Origin: Hydrolagus affinis
Lineage: Eukaryota
Direction: 5' to 3'
DNA: 64,000 nt
Assembly: GCA_012026655.1 (NCBI GenBank)
Contig: JAAILG010000043.1
Coordinates: 1-64,000 of the forward strand
A program made the position numbers and the translations under genes. The notes beneath the pieces are model-generated. The model was not told the origin of the DNA. It saw only the letters and a list, made by a program, of their open reading frames with translations, and did no database searches. How positions within the stretch are numbered: the first letter of the stretch is position 1; each line of letters begins with the position of its first letter. This document shows, piece by piece, positions 1 through 11,951 of this stretch.

Positions 1-1120
1 TTTTTTTTACAAGATTTCTTTAATACATCTATCTCTAAATGTAACAGCCCTTTGGTCACAAGAACTTGTCTAGTTCCTTTATCAACAGTATATCAGTGTT
101 CTGTACTGATGTATTCATAACTGTGATACACTGTTATGATGAGTCAACCAATACCCTGGATTTAATTCAACTGACAAGTTCTATTCTATTGACAAGTTGA
201 ATGTCTCCCTTGTCGAAAGATCTTGGTTTCCTCCTTTGATTCTGTAATCTTGTCGCCTCTAATTCTATTTTACCCCTCACTTGGTGTTATCTGTAAACTT
301 AAATCCCCGGCACCGAATCTTCAATTTCAGGCATGTTATGTAAACTAGGTTCAAGGGCTTAATTATCTAGCTTTTCTTCCCCAATATTAAGGTCTAGTAC
401 TAAATTCATTTGTGGAAGTACTTTACCCTGACCTAAGTTGAATAAATATTTTACATTTTAAAATGTTTCCATGCCAATTTGGTTGAATGTTACTGTTTGG
501 TTGGTAAATATGTATCAAGGCTGCAGGACAATATATGTCCTACATAAATAGTAACAATAGTAACTAAAATTGTAATAGTGCCACCAGCAGGACATTAATG
601 GTTATACAATTGTTGCAAAATAATGTAAAAAAAATCTATACTGTATAATAAACAATCCTTGTATTTGATATAAAGCATTATCACGTCTTTGAGACGTCTC
701 AAAGCGCTTCACAGAATATAATGTAAAGTGAATTGACTATATATTGTGTGGGCGAAACGCTGTATTACATATCACCGTATTAAACTCAACCTGCAATGTA
801 ATGATCAGCTGGTTTCATTTTAAGATATGTTCTCTCTAATGTGAGGTGGGGGTGAGAGAAGGAACTGGCAATTATCATGATATGGGTACTACAGGTATCT
901 TAGAAAATGCAGGGAATCCTCACTCCCTAAATACCAAATGCTGAACAGTTGGGACAAAATGAATCCACGAATAGTGATTCACTATTAGTAATATCACTAA
1001 TAGTGATATTAGTGATAATCCACTCTCTATTGATATCAGGAAGGGGTGGAGACATGTGTGATGGAACATCATCATTGGAATAAAATGATTTTTATTTGGT
1101 TTCATCCATTCCGAAATAAA

Positions 1121-1255
1121 AACGCAAAATACTGCAGATGCTGGAAATCTGAAACAAAAACAGAAATTGTTGGGATCACTGAGCAGGTCAGGCAGCATCT
1201 GTAGGGAAAGGAAAGTGAGTCAATGTTTCAGGTCCAGTTGAGTGTTCCCAGAGTT
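1121..1255 (-). mobile_element. Penelope-like element terminal repeat (pLTR) fragment, truncated within the hammerhead
   Basis: Same repeat as 31240-31375, 45549-45650 and 46067-46190 (CTGCAGATGCTGGAAATCTGAAACAAAAACAGAA...CAGCAGGTCAGGCAGCATCT). Confidence 0.75.
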
Positions 1256-1410
1256 TTTGGATAATTCCTAATGTTGGTTCAGTGAAAACAGCATAGAGTG
1301 ACACTGGCATTCCTGTCTTATTATAACTCTAGATAGTTAAATTAAAATATCGGCCTTTCTTTACCACATTCTGAGCTGTTAACCATTGAATAAAGATTAC
1401 CCAAAGTCCG

Positions 1411-1416
1411 TTTATT
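1411..1416 (-). terminator. Candidate LINS1 polyadenylation signal (AATAAA); second candidate near 1478-1484
   Basis: tttatt on the plus strand about 220 nt past the LINS1 stop. Confidence 0.4.
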
Positions 1417-1633
1417 TTGGCACAGATCTCAGCAAGGTTCACTTAATTCAATCAAATCAGTATGTTCTCATTTTACTTTTATTTAGAAGTAGGTATAGCA
1501 AATCAAAAGAATACAGAATTAAACAGAAGTAAAAACTCACATTAACAGAGGGGAAGAAAATAAACACTGGATTTTTTTAAGTGACTCATGATTATGGAGC
1601 TAGCAGTTCTACTGTTGACACAATTATTTGGAT

Positions 1634-2522
1634 TTATTCATGTTCTGTAGTGCCACTGAGTGCTTCAATTTGAAACAGCAGCTTTAGCAATGCTGTTGCA
1701 TTATAGGGGAAAATATTTCTTCCCTGTAACCTGGCAATAGTTTTTCTCAATTCAATCAAACATGTAACTGATTTGTTAAACACTGCCCCAGAGGATGCAC
1801 CCATATTTGTATTCTTTTCACCACAATAATGCAAACTTAAATTTCCAGGATCTGTTGTATCAAGATAACACTTCATTTTTTCTGAAACCTCCATTGGGTC
1901 AACACCAACTAGTTTAGTTTTCTTACTATTATTAACTAGCTTAGCTTCCTGGCTGTGAATATTAAAATCTGGCACTTCTACCGATTCAGAGTCAGAATCT
2001 TCAGAGTTTGCATAATCTACTAGACCTTGAGACTGCCCACCCAGGCAGAACATACTACTATTTATCAAAATTCCACGTTTGCTATTGTCTGAGGTATCTT
2101 TGTCCTTTCTTTGTTCTTCTTCAGGTGTTAAAATGTGACATGCTGAGAGGTTGAGAACTGACTGTGGCATATGTTCCCATGGATATTCCTTACTGCTTTC
2201 AGTGCCAGCGATAGTTCTCTCTTGTTTTTCTCCATCACTATGTTTACTGTCTTCATTAGCTACAGGTGGATGAATTAGTTCAGCTTCATCAAACCGATGG
2301 CAAATGCAAAGGAAATGTTGCCATTCCTCTCGAAGAAGCTTCAGATATCGGACAAAGTACTCCAAAAAACAGGTTTCAGTGGAAATCAGGAAGTCAAGAA
2401 GCACACAATGATCAAATGTCAAATTGTTTAAAAGCAACAGGAAAATACAATGTGGATTGAAACAGCTCTCATGTGCATTAAGAGAGTTGACTCCCCTTTC
2501 GTCATGATAGACATCAAAAAAT
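1634..2522 (-). CDS. LINS1: LINS1 (Lines homolog 1), last coding exon
   Basis: Acceptor ttccttccag|A at 2522. Translates FFDVYHDERG...NPHCIFLLLLNNLTFDHCVLLDFLISTETCFLEYFVRYLKLL and C-terminal LQGRNIFPYNATALLKLL, matching recalled Lines motifs. Stop TAA ends at 1634. Confidence 0.95.
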
Positions 2523-2559
2523 CTGGAAGGAAAAATAAAACAAGTTATAAATTCTGTGA

Positions 2560-2820
2560 TAATTTACTTGCTGGGGAACTCTGCTATAACACAGCGTCCA
2601 CAAAGGGTGGGTAACAGAACTGTTCGCACTGGATTCGCAACAGCTACTCCTGCTGGAAAGCATTACTATGCACATGTCTGGTGAGAACCTGGGACAAGCC
2701 TTGACTAATTCTTTCCACAGCCAAATAACCTGTCATGATCTATGTTCTCTGATGAAATATAGTCTGTCAGGCAAAGTATCAGAGACTATTGAATTATAGT
2801 CTTCAGGGAAAGAGAAAATT
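2560..2820 (+). mobile_element. Highly degenerate ancient SINE, AmnSINE2-like
   Basis: CTCCTGCTGGAAAG...GGTGAG...CCAAATAACCTG...CTTCAGGGAAAGAGAAA resembles a recalled AmnSINE2-type consensus. Confidence 0.35.
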
Positions 2821-3100
2821 TGGAGAAAAACATTCATGTTTCATGGAGTTGCCTCCATTTTTAAAATACTATTTCAGTGTCAATCAATTTGTGCAAGAAT
2901 GATTGAGAGAAATACTTATACTACACTGAAACTGCCTGGAAGCCTACAATAGGTTAATTAAAACTCAAAATGAACTGGGCCTAAAATAAGTTAACTTTAG
3001 ATTATTTTTGACAGGGATCCCTGTGACTAGACACATAAAATTCCTGGAGCTTTAATCATATGTAAAGCCACAGTCATAAGATCAAACAAGAGCTACCAAC

Positions 3101-3293
3101 CTGACAGAATGTATATAGATGTTCAATAATGCCCTGGCTGCCTCCACCATATCATCATCCTGCTCCAGGAAAACCAGAGAGACCCAGGCACAAGAATGAG
3201 TGAGACGTTTGGAATGTGCAGGAGACTTGAGGTGTATCCTTATGAACATCATCAGCTGATGTATACACGTCTGCAGCTGAACATTCAGACTCT
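3101..3293 (-). CDS. LINS1: LINS1 coding exon 5 (193 nt; missing from ORF track)
   Basis: ttttctcag|AG...GTCAG|gttggt. Encodes CAWVSLVFLEQDDDMVEAARALLNIY (Lines EQDD motif). Phases 1 and 2 fit the neighbouring exons. Confidence 0.93.
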
Positions 3294-3814
3294 CTGAGAA
3301 AAAAACAGAGAGAGAATTTCATTGTGGTTGGCTCAACGTTCTAAATACATTGAGGTTCAATTTATGTTATTTGCAAACTACATATGTTGTGTTAAGTGCA
3401 ACTTCCAGTTTACTATCAGTATGAATCAGTATGACAGGCATCTGTAATATGACACAGATGACATTGGCTGCTGGAATGTGTGACATCGGGATTAAATGGC
3501 TTTATGTACTGCTTGTTTTCACTCACTGTCCACTATTTGGGAATGTCTGAAATAAACTCAGATGTATAGAGGAAGCCATGAGAAACGACTGCCGTTGAGA
3601 ATGAAGGTAGTTAAGGGGAATTATTCCTGTTTAAGTGCTCTGAGATGCTGTCCGGCGTGGAGGGCACTATATAAATCGAAGTTGTTGTTGTTGTTGTTAT
3701 TCAAGTATATGTTTGTATCATTTCTGATTGACATTGTTAAATGTATGTATACATTTCAAATTAAAAAGTTGCCTTAGTAATCCTATGTAAAACAATGTGA
3801 AATGCTCAATATTA

Positions 3815-4147
3815 GCAATCATTGCATATGATATAGCGCTTTTCATGTCTCCTAGACATCTCAAATCACTTCACGGAATATACTGAAAAGTGAATTTACT
3901 GTATTTGTGGACAAAACACAGCAGCAAGTTGCACACAGCAATGTCCCACAAACAGCTGGGGATTCAGTGACTAAATTTTTTTGGGGAAGGATTTTTATCC
4001 CTGGAAAAGCGATACACCAATTGACTAATAACTAGGTTCCTGCTTCCCTCTAAGTAAACAGAGGCATGAGGACTAAAGAAACTTGCCCAACATTTTGCCC
4101 TGCAGGCAAGTACTCTAACCGCTGAATTTAAGTGTTCAAAGGATACC
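3815..4147 (-). mobile_element. tRNA-derived SINE, long variant with extra internal segment
   Basis: Head and tail shared with the dominant SINE, plus an extra CCCTGGAAAAGC...AAACAGAGGC segment also seen at 50035-50590. Confidence 0.75.
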
Positions 4148-4246
4148 ATCAATATTCATTTCACCTTATCCTGCATTACAAAAACAGTTCATATATCTAA
4201 ATTGTATTTTCAATCATTGCTAAATCTTTAGATGGATTCAAGTTAC

Positions 4247-4864
4247 CTTTATTTTCACCTTCAAATGTCCAGTTCTTCACTTTGATTTCCAAAGCTTTCA
4301 CCACAATGAGACTCACAGTCCTCAGCATCACCAGGTCTGGCCCACGATTTGAATCCTCATCACCAATTATCTCATTGCCTCCAAACAGATAGGTCATGGG
4401 ACTGACGGGAACCTGTTCCAACCAACTAGATACCAAAATTTGCAAAATGGCATTGGATACGGCCAGCAGGTCACCTTGCAAGTTTATGTCTTGCTGGGGT
4501 AGCATGCATGAAGAACTCTCACCAAACTTTTCACCAAACTGGCAAAGAACACACTGTTTGATCACCAAAAGCAGCTTCTTTTTAACAAAGTAATGAGCAG
4601 AGGAATTGATGAAGTCCAATATGTATGCGGTCTGTATGTATAAAGTCCTCAGACAAGAACAGTTTAGTTTTAGCTGGATTCTGATGGCACTAAAAACTTC
4701 AAGTATATCTATGATGGCTAGCAGATTATTTGTAGAATCAAAGGCACGCTCAGAGCTTTCTGCAGCATTGTTTGTTCTGGAGTCAATAAAATTAGTAGAA
4801 AACATGAAGGTGTACAAATCATCAAATACTGCGTCCAGTGGGGTAAGAAGTTTCATTATGATCA
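4247..4864 (-). CDS. LINS1: LINS1 coding exon 4 (618 nt)
   Basis: ttttgcag|TG...AAAG|gtaact. Encodes FVKKKLLLVIKQCVLCQFGE, FGG and PDLVMLRTVSLIVVKALEIK, similar to recalled human LINS1. Confidence 0.94.
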
Positions 4865-5286
4865 CTGCAAAAGTAGAGAATTGTAGATTTAAAATATTAT
4901 ATTACATACGAGATTGGTAAGTATTTGCCAGTGGAATTCTGGAATATTCTGGAAAATTGAAGCCAAACTGTAGCATCCAACTATTGTCTAAAAAGAAATA
5001 ATCCAGTTTAACAGAAAGCAGTATATTTTACCAACTGAGTCTTTGGTGGCAAGTAGTACCAAGGTTTTTAAGTTATTGTCCAGAATTGAACCTTCATCCA
5101 CAAGCCATAATACACACATCACCAATAGCAAACTATGCGACATAAACGAGTGAAAATCTGTAACAATTTCAATCTGACACATACCGAGACTCCCATCATG
5201 ATCTGCAATCTATAAGACAAAATATTCTGAATGTCAATGATTCTGACATCTAAAAAGATACATTACGGCCTGAAAAAATCACTAAC

Positions 5287-5428
5287 CTGTCTTGTTTGGA
5301 ATTTTTCTCTCGAAAACATCTTTCAATACAGCTGCAACAATTTCTAGACATTTTGCTGACAAGGGGTTTTGAGGGTCCTCTGAAAAAGTCTGAAGGCACG
5401 TCTTGAAACAGCTATCACAGGATAAATC
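5287..5428 (-). CDS. LINS1: LINS1 coding exon 3 (142 nt)
   Basis: tatttag|GAT...ACAG|gttagt. Encodes DLSCDSCFKTCLQTFSEDPQNPLSAKCLEIVAAVLKDVFERKIPNKT and keeps frame with both neighbours. Confidence 0.88.
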
Positions 5429-6607
5429 CTAAATACAGTAGAATAATATTTATTTATACAATAATACATTTGAATATTAAAGCTTGATAATACTTCATGT
5501 TTACTAAAGGGAACTGAACTCCCCAGAGTTCTTGTCATGGAATTAGATTCTAAAGGTACGAAAGCATAATTCTACTTTCAAAAGTAGGAATGTGGATTTT
5601 GATGTGGAATTATCACCACATAATCATAAACCAAGCCATTATTTATTTTAAACGTATTGATTCTAAATATATTGAACCTCTCCTCATTTGCTAATTCACT
5701 TGTAACTGGATCTCGAATACAATCAATTCTGTATTTGACAGTGCAATAAAGTTTAGAAACTTCTCAATTGGATGAATATTTGCGATAGATTTCTGCAATG
5801 CATTGAATAATGAAAGCCATTACCTTTTTACAATAACATTTATATATACTGTAAATGGCCGACAGTTTTCTAATAGAGTTATAAAACATTCTAGTGTATT
5901 TAATCTTGGTAGAGAGGCTAATTAAAGGATAAAAGGAAGTCAAGTGCTTAAATGGTTCAAGGACTCCCCATTACAACATCATTTAAAATTCTCTTAAGAG
6001 CATAAGAAATGCTAGATGTAAAAAGACCAAGGTCTATCTTGTTTGTCTTCCACTTTCCTGGCAGTGACATGCATGCATATGTCCCAAACTACCTATGTAC
6101 TATATCCCACTCTCAGCGCTTTGGGACATCCTCCCGACGTGAAAGGCGCTATATAAGTGGAATTTTGTTGTTGTTGTTGTTATAGGTAATAAGAGGTCAG
6201 GGTCCCCACAGGTTCAACTGGCTCCCAGTTTATGGTCTTAATTTATGGACTTCCTCCCAACATGAATGATGCTCTACAAGTGTAATTTTGTTGTTGTTAA
6301 TGACCAACATGACCTCTTGTGAACATTTAGCAACAACAAAACATGTTTAGTCTTATATTAAAAACAAGGAAGTATTGCATTATATAATAGATAAAACTGT
6401 ATTGAAAATATTTGGGGAAAAATTGTTTGTCATAGAGTTCACTTATACATAGCTAGCCACTTATACACTCATATCAATAAATTACTTCCAACAGCTAAAA
6501 CTCCAAATAACAAATAATATGGGCAGCATGTAGTTCAGTATACACGTTTTACACTATCAGGAGCAGGTATAAATAATAAAACTAAACAATTATTTTATTA
6601 ATATTAC

Positions 6608-6985
6608 AATAATCCTTACATTTGGTAAAATGTCTTTCATGTCAGAAGGCATGTCACATGCCTTTCATGTCACAGGATATACTGTAAAGTGAAGTGACTG
6701 TGTTTGTGTGAGCAGCAGCCAATTTATGCTCAACAATGTCCCACAGGTGCCATGAAATGGATATACAAGAACTACCATTATAATCAACGTTCTTTCTTTT
6801 ACAAGCTATGGTTTCTCATATAGTAATAATAATCCTTGAATTTGATATAGCGCTTTTCACATCTTCTAGACGTCTCAAAGCGCTCACGGAATATACTGTT
6901 AAGTGAATTGACTGTATATTTGTAGGCGAAACATGGCAGCCAATTGCGCACAGCAGTGTCCCACAAACAGTCATAATCAAATCCA
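6608..6985 (-). mobile_element. Two 5'-truncated SINE copies in a LINS1 intron
   Basis: ATAATCCTTG(A/C)ATTTGATATAGCGCTTTTCAC tail on the plus strand. Confidence 0.75.
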
Positions 6986-7063
6986 TGCAACATAGATGTA
7001 TAAAAACACGAGAATTTCCAAAACAAAACTGACTATTTGTTTGAAAAATGCTCTATTACTTAC

Positions 7064-7153
7064 TGTTGTTAAAATCTGGAAAAGAATTAGCGACGAAACA
7101 CATTTCATAGCAACATGAGACAACAGCTGATTGGAATGCTTGAACAGAAGAAT
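7064..7153 (-). CDS. LINS1: LINS1 coding exon 2 (90 nt)
   Basis: attcgtag|ATT...ACA|gtaagt. Encodes ILLFKHSNQLLSHVAMKCVSSLILFQILTT, resembling recalled human ICMFQNSDKLLSHMAAQCLALLLYFQ. Confidence 0.92.
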
Positions 7154-7763
7154 CTACGAATAGAACAAACTGTATATTAGTCTTACTTAGAAATGTAAAA
7201 CGTAGTATTTGAACAAAAAAAATCATGATCTACATATAGTATATTGTGTGGCCTAATTATGAATAAATTGTAGTAGGAAAACTGATTAAATGCAGGGGAA
7301 GATTGGTACGGAATTTTAAAGTGACAAAGTGACAACAATGTATTTATATAGTAATACATTTAAAAAATGCAAAGCAACAAGACAAAAGGTTATCACAATC
7401 ATGTTTAACAAAGCAGGAAAAGCATTCCCATAGCATATCTAGTCTCCAGTACACTGATCCAATGCAAACCTCTGGAATTTGAACTCATTTTTTATTGGGT
7501 ACCCTTCAGTCTACGGAAAATCAACTTGATCTGCTGATCAAATCAGCATTTCTAATCTATACAAGTAATGTATTTATGCCCAAAACATTAACTTGTCCTT
7601 TAGATGCTCATTGACCTGCTGAATGTTTTAAACTAATTACTGAATGAGAACAGATTAAATGCTTTATGTTTTTCAAACATAATCCTCTTTACCATTAAGA
7701 ATGCAAAGAAAATAATACATGTCACTTTTGAGATGGCTTATTTAAGAATGGGTTCACACTCAC

Positions 7764-8195
7764 CAGTTTAGATATAATTTCTGTATCTTCCAACAGAATT
7801 CTTATAGCTTTTGTGTAGGTTTCCCTGATATCTTCTTCCATTGCCCTGGAATGCACTTTAGAGTTTATCATCTGAATTAAAGTCATCTGAAGCATCAGAA
7901 TTTCATTTTTATTGCCATTTACAATCACTGCAGATTCACTAGGTTGCTTGCCATGACTATCTTCAGGCAATAGTGGCATGAATGGTAGTGTGGCATCAAT
8001 GGTAGTGGGCTGTGTAAAATGAACCCAGTTTCTCTGATCAGTAGATAAATTAAAGTCTGTTGATCTGTCTGATATATCTTTCATGTACATATCTGAATAA
8101 AGAAACTTTGCCAGATCCTGACTGCTGATGCTGGGTCTTTCTCCTGCGAACAGCTGCCCATGGAGCTGTTTAAATACTACCAAGAAATCTTCCAT
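7764..8195 (-). CDS. LINS1: LINS1 first coding exon (ATG at 8195; exon starts at acceptor 8258)
   Basis: Acceptor ttccccctctcttcgcag| at 8258. MEDFLVVFKQLH...EILMLQMTLIQMI...IISKL|gtgagt. The six exons total 2364 nt, giving 787 aa plus stop. Confidence 0.9.
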
Positions 8196-8449
8196 CACAG
8201 TATAATAGTTTGGCAGGTCAACTTCCGAAAGACCCAGTTCAAATAAATATCTTTAGATCTGCGAAGAGAGGGGGAAAAACAACATTACTTTCTCTCCCTC
8301 TGCAATTCAACATGATGAAACATGATGATCCCTCCATTTGGTATATCTTTCACCCAATTTGGATGCAAACCATCGACTGTCCAGTGCCTTTGGATGTCCT
8401 CTGACCTGAAAGGTGCTGTATAAATTCAATTTTGTTGCTGTTCGGAGTC

Positions 8450-8700
8450 ATATCAAGAGTGGGGGTGTATTCTGTGAGTGAACACTGTGGCCAATTTGCG
8501 TCAGCAATATCCCACAAGCAGTCAAAAGTGAATGACCAATTTTGCCTGGCAGATTGCTGGCCAGGATACTGGGAAAAAAACTTCTTTTTTTTGGAATAGT
8601 GCCATGGCATCATTAACGTCCACTTGAACAAGCAGGCAGGGTCTCGGTTTAACATCTTGTTTAAAGAATGGCACTTCCAACATTACAGCATGCTGGGTCA
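8450..8700 (-). mobile_element. Old Deu-domain SINE; further copies near 14130-14400(-), 36350-36630(+), 44040-44520(-), 45320-45548 with 46200-46255(-), 53330-53420(+), 54830-55080(-), 58530-58620(+)
   Basis: Reverse complement reads GATGTTAAACCGAGACCCTGCCTGCTTGTTCAAGTGGACGTTAATGATGCCATGGCACTATT, matching the recalled Deu core. Confidence 0.7.
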
Positions 8701-8811
8701 TGAAGGTATTTCCTTCCCTCCCAATTCACTTTACAGTACATTCTATGAAGCGTTTTGAGACATCGATAAGATGCGAAAAGCGCTATATTAAATGCACGAT
8801 TATTATTATTA

Positions 8812-9065
8812 TCTCTCTTTCCCTCGCTTCCTTCTCTCTCATCTTGCTCTTCTCTCTTCCTTCTCTCTCCTCGCTTCCTTCTCTCTTCCATCTCTCCTTC
8901 TCTCTCGTCTCTTCCCCCTCTCCTCTCTCTCTCTCTTCCTCCCATTTCTCTCTTCCCCTCTTCCCTCTCTTTCCCCCTACCCTTCCTTAGCTCTCTTCCC
9001 CACCTCCCTCTTTCTCTCCCATTCTTCCTTCATTCCCCTTCTTCCTTCCCTCTCTCCCACCCCCC
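8812..9065. repeat. CT-rich polypyrimidine low-complexity tract
   Basis: About 250 bp of almost only C and T. Confidence 0.9.
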
Positions 9066-9118
9066 AAAAAACTACATGTTACACAGTCTATATACAGTTA
9101 CAGTGATCCACGACCTAC

Positions 9119-9360
9119 CTGTCTGTCTGTAATTCTATAATGTAATTTTGTTGTTGTTGTGCCTGTGTGTGTGTGTCTATGTGTGTCTGTCTATTTGTGT
9201 GTGTTTGTCTACTTGTGTGTGTGTCTATTTGTGTGACTGTGTGACTGTCTGTATCTGTGTCTATTTGTTTGTGTGTGTGTGTGTCTATTTGTATGACTAT
9301 CTGTGTGTGACTGTCTGTATCTGTGTGTGTCTATGAGTATGTGTGTGTCAATCACTCAGG
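9119..9360 (-). other. LINS1: Possible LINS1 non-coding exon 1 (5' end uncertain)
   Basis: Donor CAG|gtaggt with the intron starting at 9118, next to the CpG island. An upstream exon is implied by the acceptor at 8258. Confidence 0.4.
9160..9350. repeat. Degenerate (TG)n microsatellite; another TG/CA tract at 10215-10295
   Basis: TGTGTGTCTATT-type units are directly visible. Confidence 0.9.
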
Positions 9361-9900
9361 CTCAGGCTGTTTGTGGCGTTGCCATAGTAACGGGCCGCCA
9401 CCTTCGCGCATGCTCAGTGCCGGGGGCGGGGAGGAGGGCGGCGGAGAGAGTGCGCAGGCGTGGCCCCGCTCCGGCCCGGACTGAAATGGCTCCGCAGCAA
9501 CAAGTTCCCCAGGAAATTACGTGCGGCCCACGCCTCGGAGTCGGGGTCTCGTCAGGCCCCGGTCACAGGGTTCCAGTCGGCAGGAGGCCTCGAACGATTG
9601 GAGCGGCTGCAGCTGCGAGGCCCTGCCGCCGAGAGCCGAGCACCGAGAGATATTAGTCACCGAACTACCAGCCTTGCACACACCCCACCCCCTCTCTCCT
9701 CCTCCTCCCCCCCCTCTCTCCTCCCTCCCTCCTACCTTCACCCTCCCCCGGCTCGGGCTCGGCCCGCCCTAGCGGCTCAGTGAGGATGCGTGGAGACGGA
9801 CCAATGAGGGCAAAAAGGGAGGCCAAGTGAGAAGGGGAAAAAAAAGAGAAGTGAGTGTAAGTGAGAAGAGATAGTAACTAACGCTCGCAGCTTCCACCTC
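9360..9900. promoter_or_regulatory. CpG-island bidirectional promoter of LINS1 and ASB7
   Basis: GC/CpG-rich block between divergent genes. RFX X-box GTTGCCATAGTAAC at 9378-9391, NRF1-like CGCGCATGCTCA near 9405 and TGCGCAGGCG near 9451, GC box GGGGCGGGG near 9423, outward-facing CCAAT boxes near 9597 (minus) and 9800 (plus). Confidence 0.85.
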
Positions 9901-10126
9901 CTTCCCTCCCTTCCTCCCGCCTTTCCTCCCTCCCCCCTTCCCTCCCCTCCCCTCCTACAACGAAAGGCTTTTTTTTTGGGGGGGGGTGGGGGAGGAAAAG
10001 AAACCCCACATCAATATTTTGTACTGGCCATGAAGCCAAATCGAGAAGATTCTTACGTTTGGGTGTTTTTCTTTGGGTGGGAGTTTGGGGGTTGGGAAAC
10101 ACACACAGGTTTTGTTCTTCCGCATC

Positions 10127-10157
10127 ATGGTCGGAAGCGTCAGGTCCAGCGTCAGAT
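10127..10157 (+). CDS. Putative ASB7 uORF part 1 (end of leader exon 1)
   Basis: ATC-ATG-G strong Kozak context; encodes MVGSVRSSVR; followed by donor AGAT|gtgagg. Confidence 0.45.
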
Positions 10158-11951
10158 GTGAGGGGTCGAGAGCCTGAGAGTGCACAGGTTGGCTGGCTCT
10201 ATGTGTCTGTACTGTATTTGTGTGTGTGTGTATACACATATATATATACACACACACACATTTGTATGTGTGTCTGCCTCTGTGTATGTGTGTTTACTGC
10301 AAGTATTTCATCTGTGTTTGGGGGGGAATCATTACTTTATTCAACGACTGTCTCCCAAACTCAAGACTAGTGTCAATAAACTTCGTTAGCTGCCCTCTTG
10401 ATCATGGTTTTTTTTTCCCCTTGACTGTGCCATTGCTGGCTGTGAAGTCTCCCAACAAAAGTTTTGTTTTTAATCAAACTCCTAAATTAGAGTTTCCTTT
10501 TGGGGAATTAAGTAGGGGAGGACATGGGGATGCTCTTAACTAAAATAGGTTTTTTTTTACTTTCTTTGCAGAACTGATACAGAGTAGGCCCTCCTGCACA
10601 ATAAGCTCATTTGAACATTAAACCAAGGACCACACATTAAGTAGAAAAACATTACCTATCTCGTGGCTAGCCAGATACTCAAACTCATGATGCTGTACAC
10701 AAATTAGCAGTTGTATTGGTTGCATATACAGTGCATACTCACCACACTTGACAGCAATTAACTGTAAAGTAATAATGCTTGTGTTTGATAGTGCCTTATG
10801 ATGTATTCGAGACGTCTCAAAGCACTTCACAGAATACACTGTAAAGTGAATTGACAATATTTTGTAGATGTAGGAGATCTTGAAGTGCAGTATCAAATAT
10901 AATGAGTATTATGTCAGTTTTGCACACTGTTGTTAAATGTCATTGCATTATAATTTGTATTATGAACATATTTTACATTTCTCTGGCCTAGATATGGTAT
11001 TGGTACTTTTTAATTCAGTATCTTTTATTTATTTTACAGCCATATGTCACACTAGTAAAGTTATATTTTTCTTCTTTAAATTTACTTATGCCAATCCTTG
11101 GTTTATGCTTGCATAAGAAGTTTGTTCCCAGGATTCTGGCAACACAATGTTTTAACTGGCCAGTGTGCATTTTGATACGGCCTTGCATCAAATCTATTTG
11201 TCAACACTGAAATTTGCCTTGGATGAAGTACAGATATGCCTTCAAATGCTAAACTGCACACTGTGTATATTTCTCTATCTAAATTAGTGAGAATATTCTG
11301 AATGTTGAGCTGAAGAATCAAGCATCCCATGAACCTATAATAATGTCCAGTGAAATAGAAATACTGTATATACAATATTTATCCAGTAACTTGGCAAAAA
11401 TTGAGTGCATTTGCAAGAGAGACATTAGTGTGTGTCTAAACAAAATAAGGTTAATAATGTAAGGTCCTTTTAATTCTACCGTGATTTATAACATCCCTCT
11501 TCTTGCCTAATATAATTTTTAAAAACAAGACCCTGATGGAATAGAACATCTTCCTCAGCTCGAATGAAATCTAGGTCGTGAGTATAACCAAATAGCTGTT
11601 TAGCTGCACATTGCATCATCCAATTGGATCTGTATGAGATATTGGTTAACTAGAATGATTTGCACTTTTTGGGTTACCCATTATTGTAATGATGTCATTG
11701 GGGTGCAACTTGGATTTGCTAAAGTGATACCACAGGTGAAAAGATAAAATAGCCACATCCTTCATTCCTCATATTGACTTATAGCTATGGACAGCAAGTC
11801 AGTATTAGGAATGAATGGTGTGATTGTTTTAGCTTCTCATCTGAATATTGGTGAGATAGAAATGCATTTTTCTTTCATGTATTTCTCCATTCATCAATGC
11901 AGCCTGTGTGTTAACTATGTTAATAAATACTGATTTATCTTTCACCTGTAG

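Noticed and set aside
970-1040. ATCACTAATAGTGAT palindromic micro-repeats
   Set aside because: Short AT-rich slippage-type repeats with no spacer array or other support.
1215-1240. Ribozyme-mediated 3' end formation for LINS1
   Set aside because: This pLTR copy lacks the CUGANGA box and half of stem II.
8312-8409. C/D box snoRNA-like pattern (ATGATGA...CTGA)
   Set aside because: Antisense to the LINS1 host intron, no terminal stem, no recognisable guide, and the 3' part is an L2 tail.
8661-10543. Many overlapping ORFs around the promoter
   Set aside because: They arise from low-complexity CT/TG tracts and GC-rich, stop-poor sequence.
10572-10640. Additional ASB7 leader exon after tttctttgcag
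   Set aside because: Good acceptor but no convincing donor; left unannotated pending RNA-seq.
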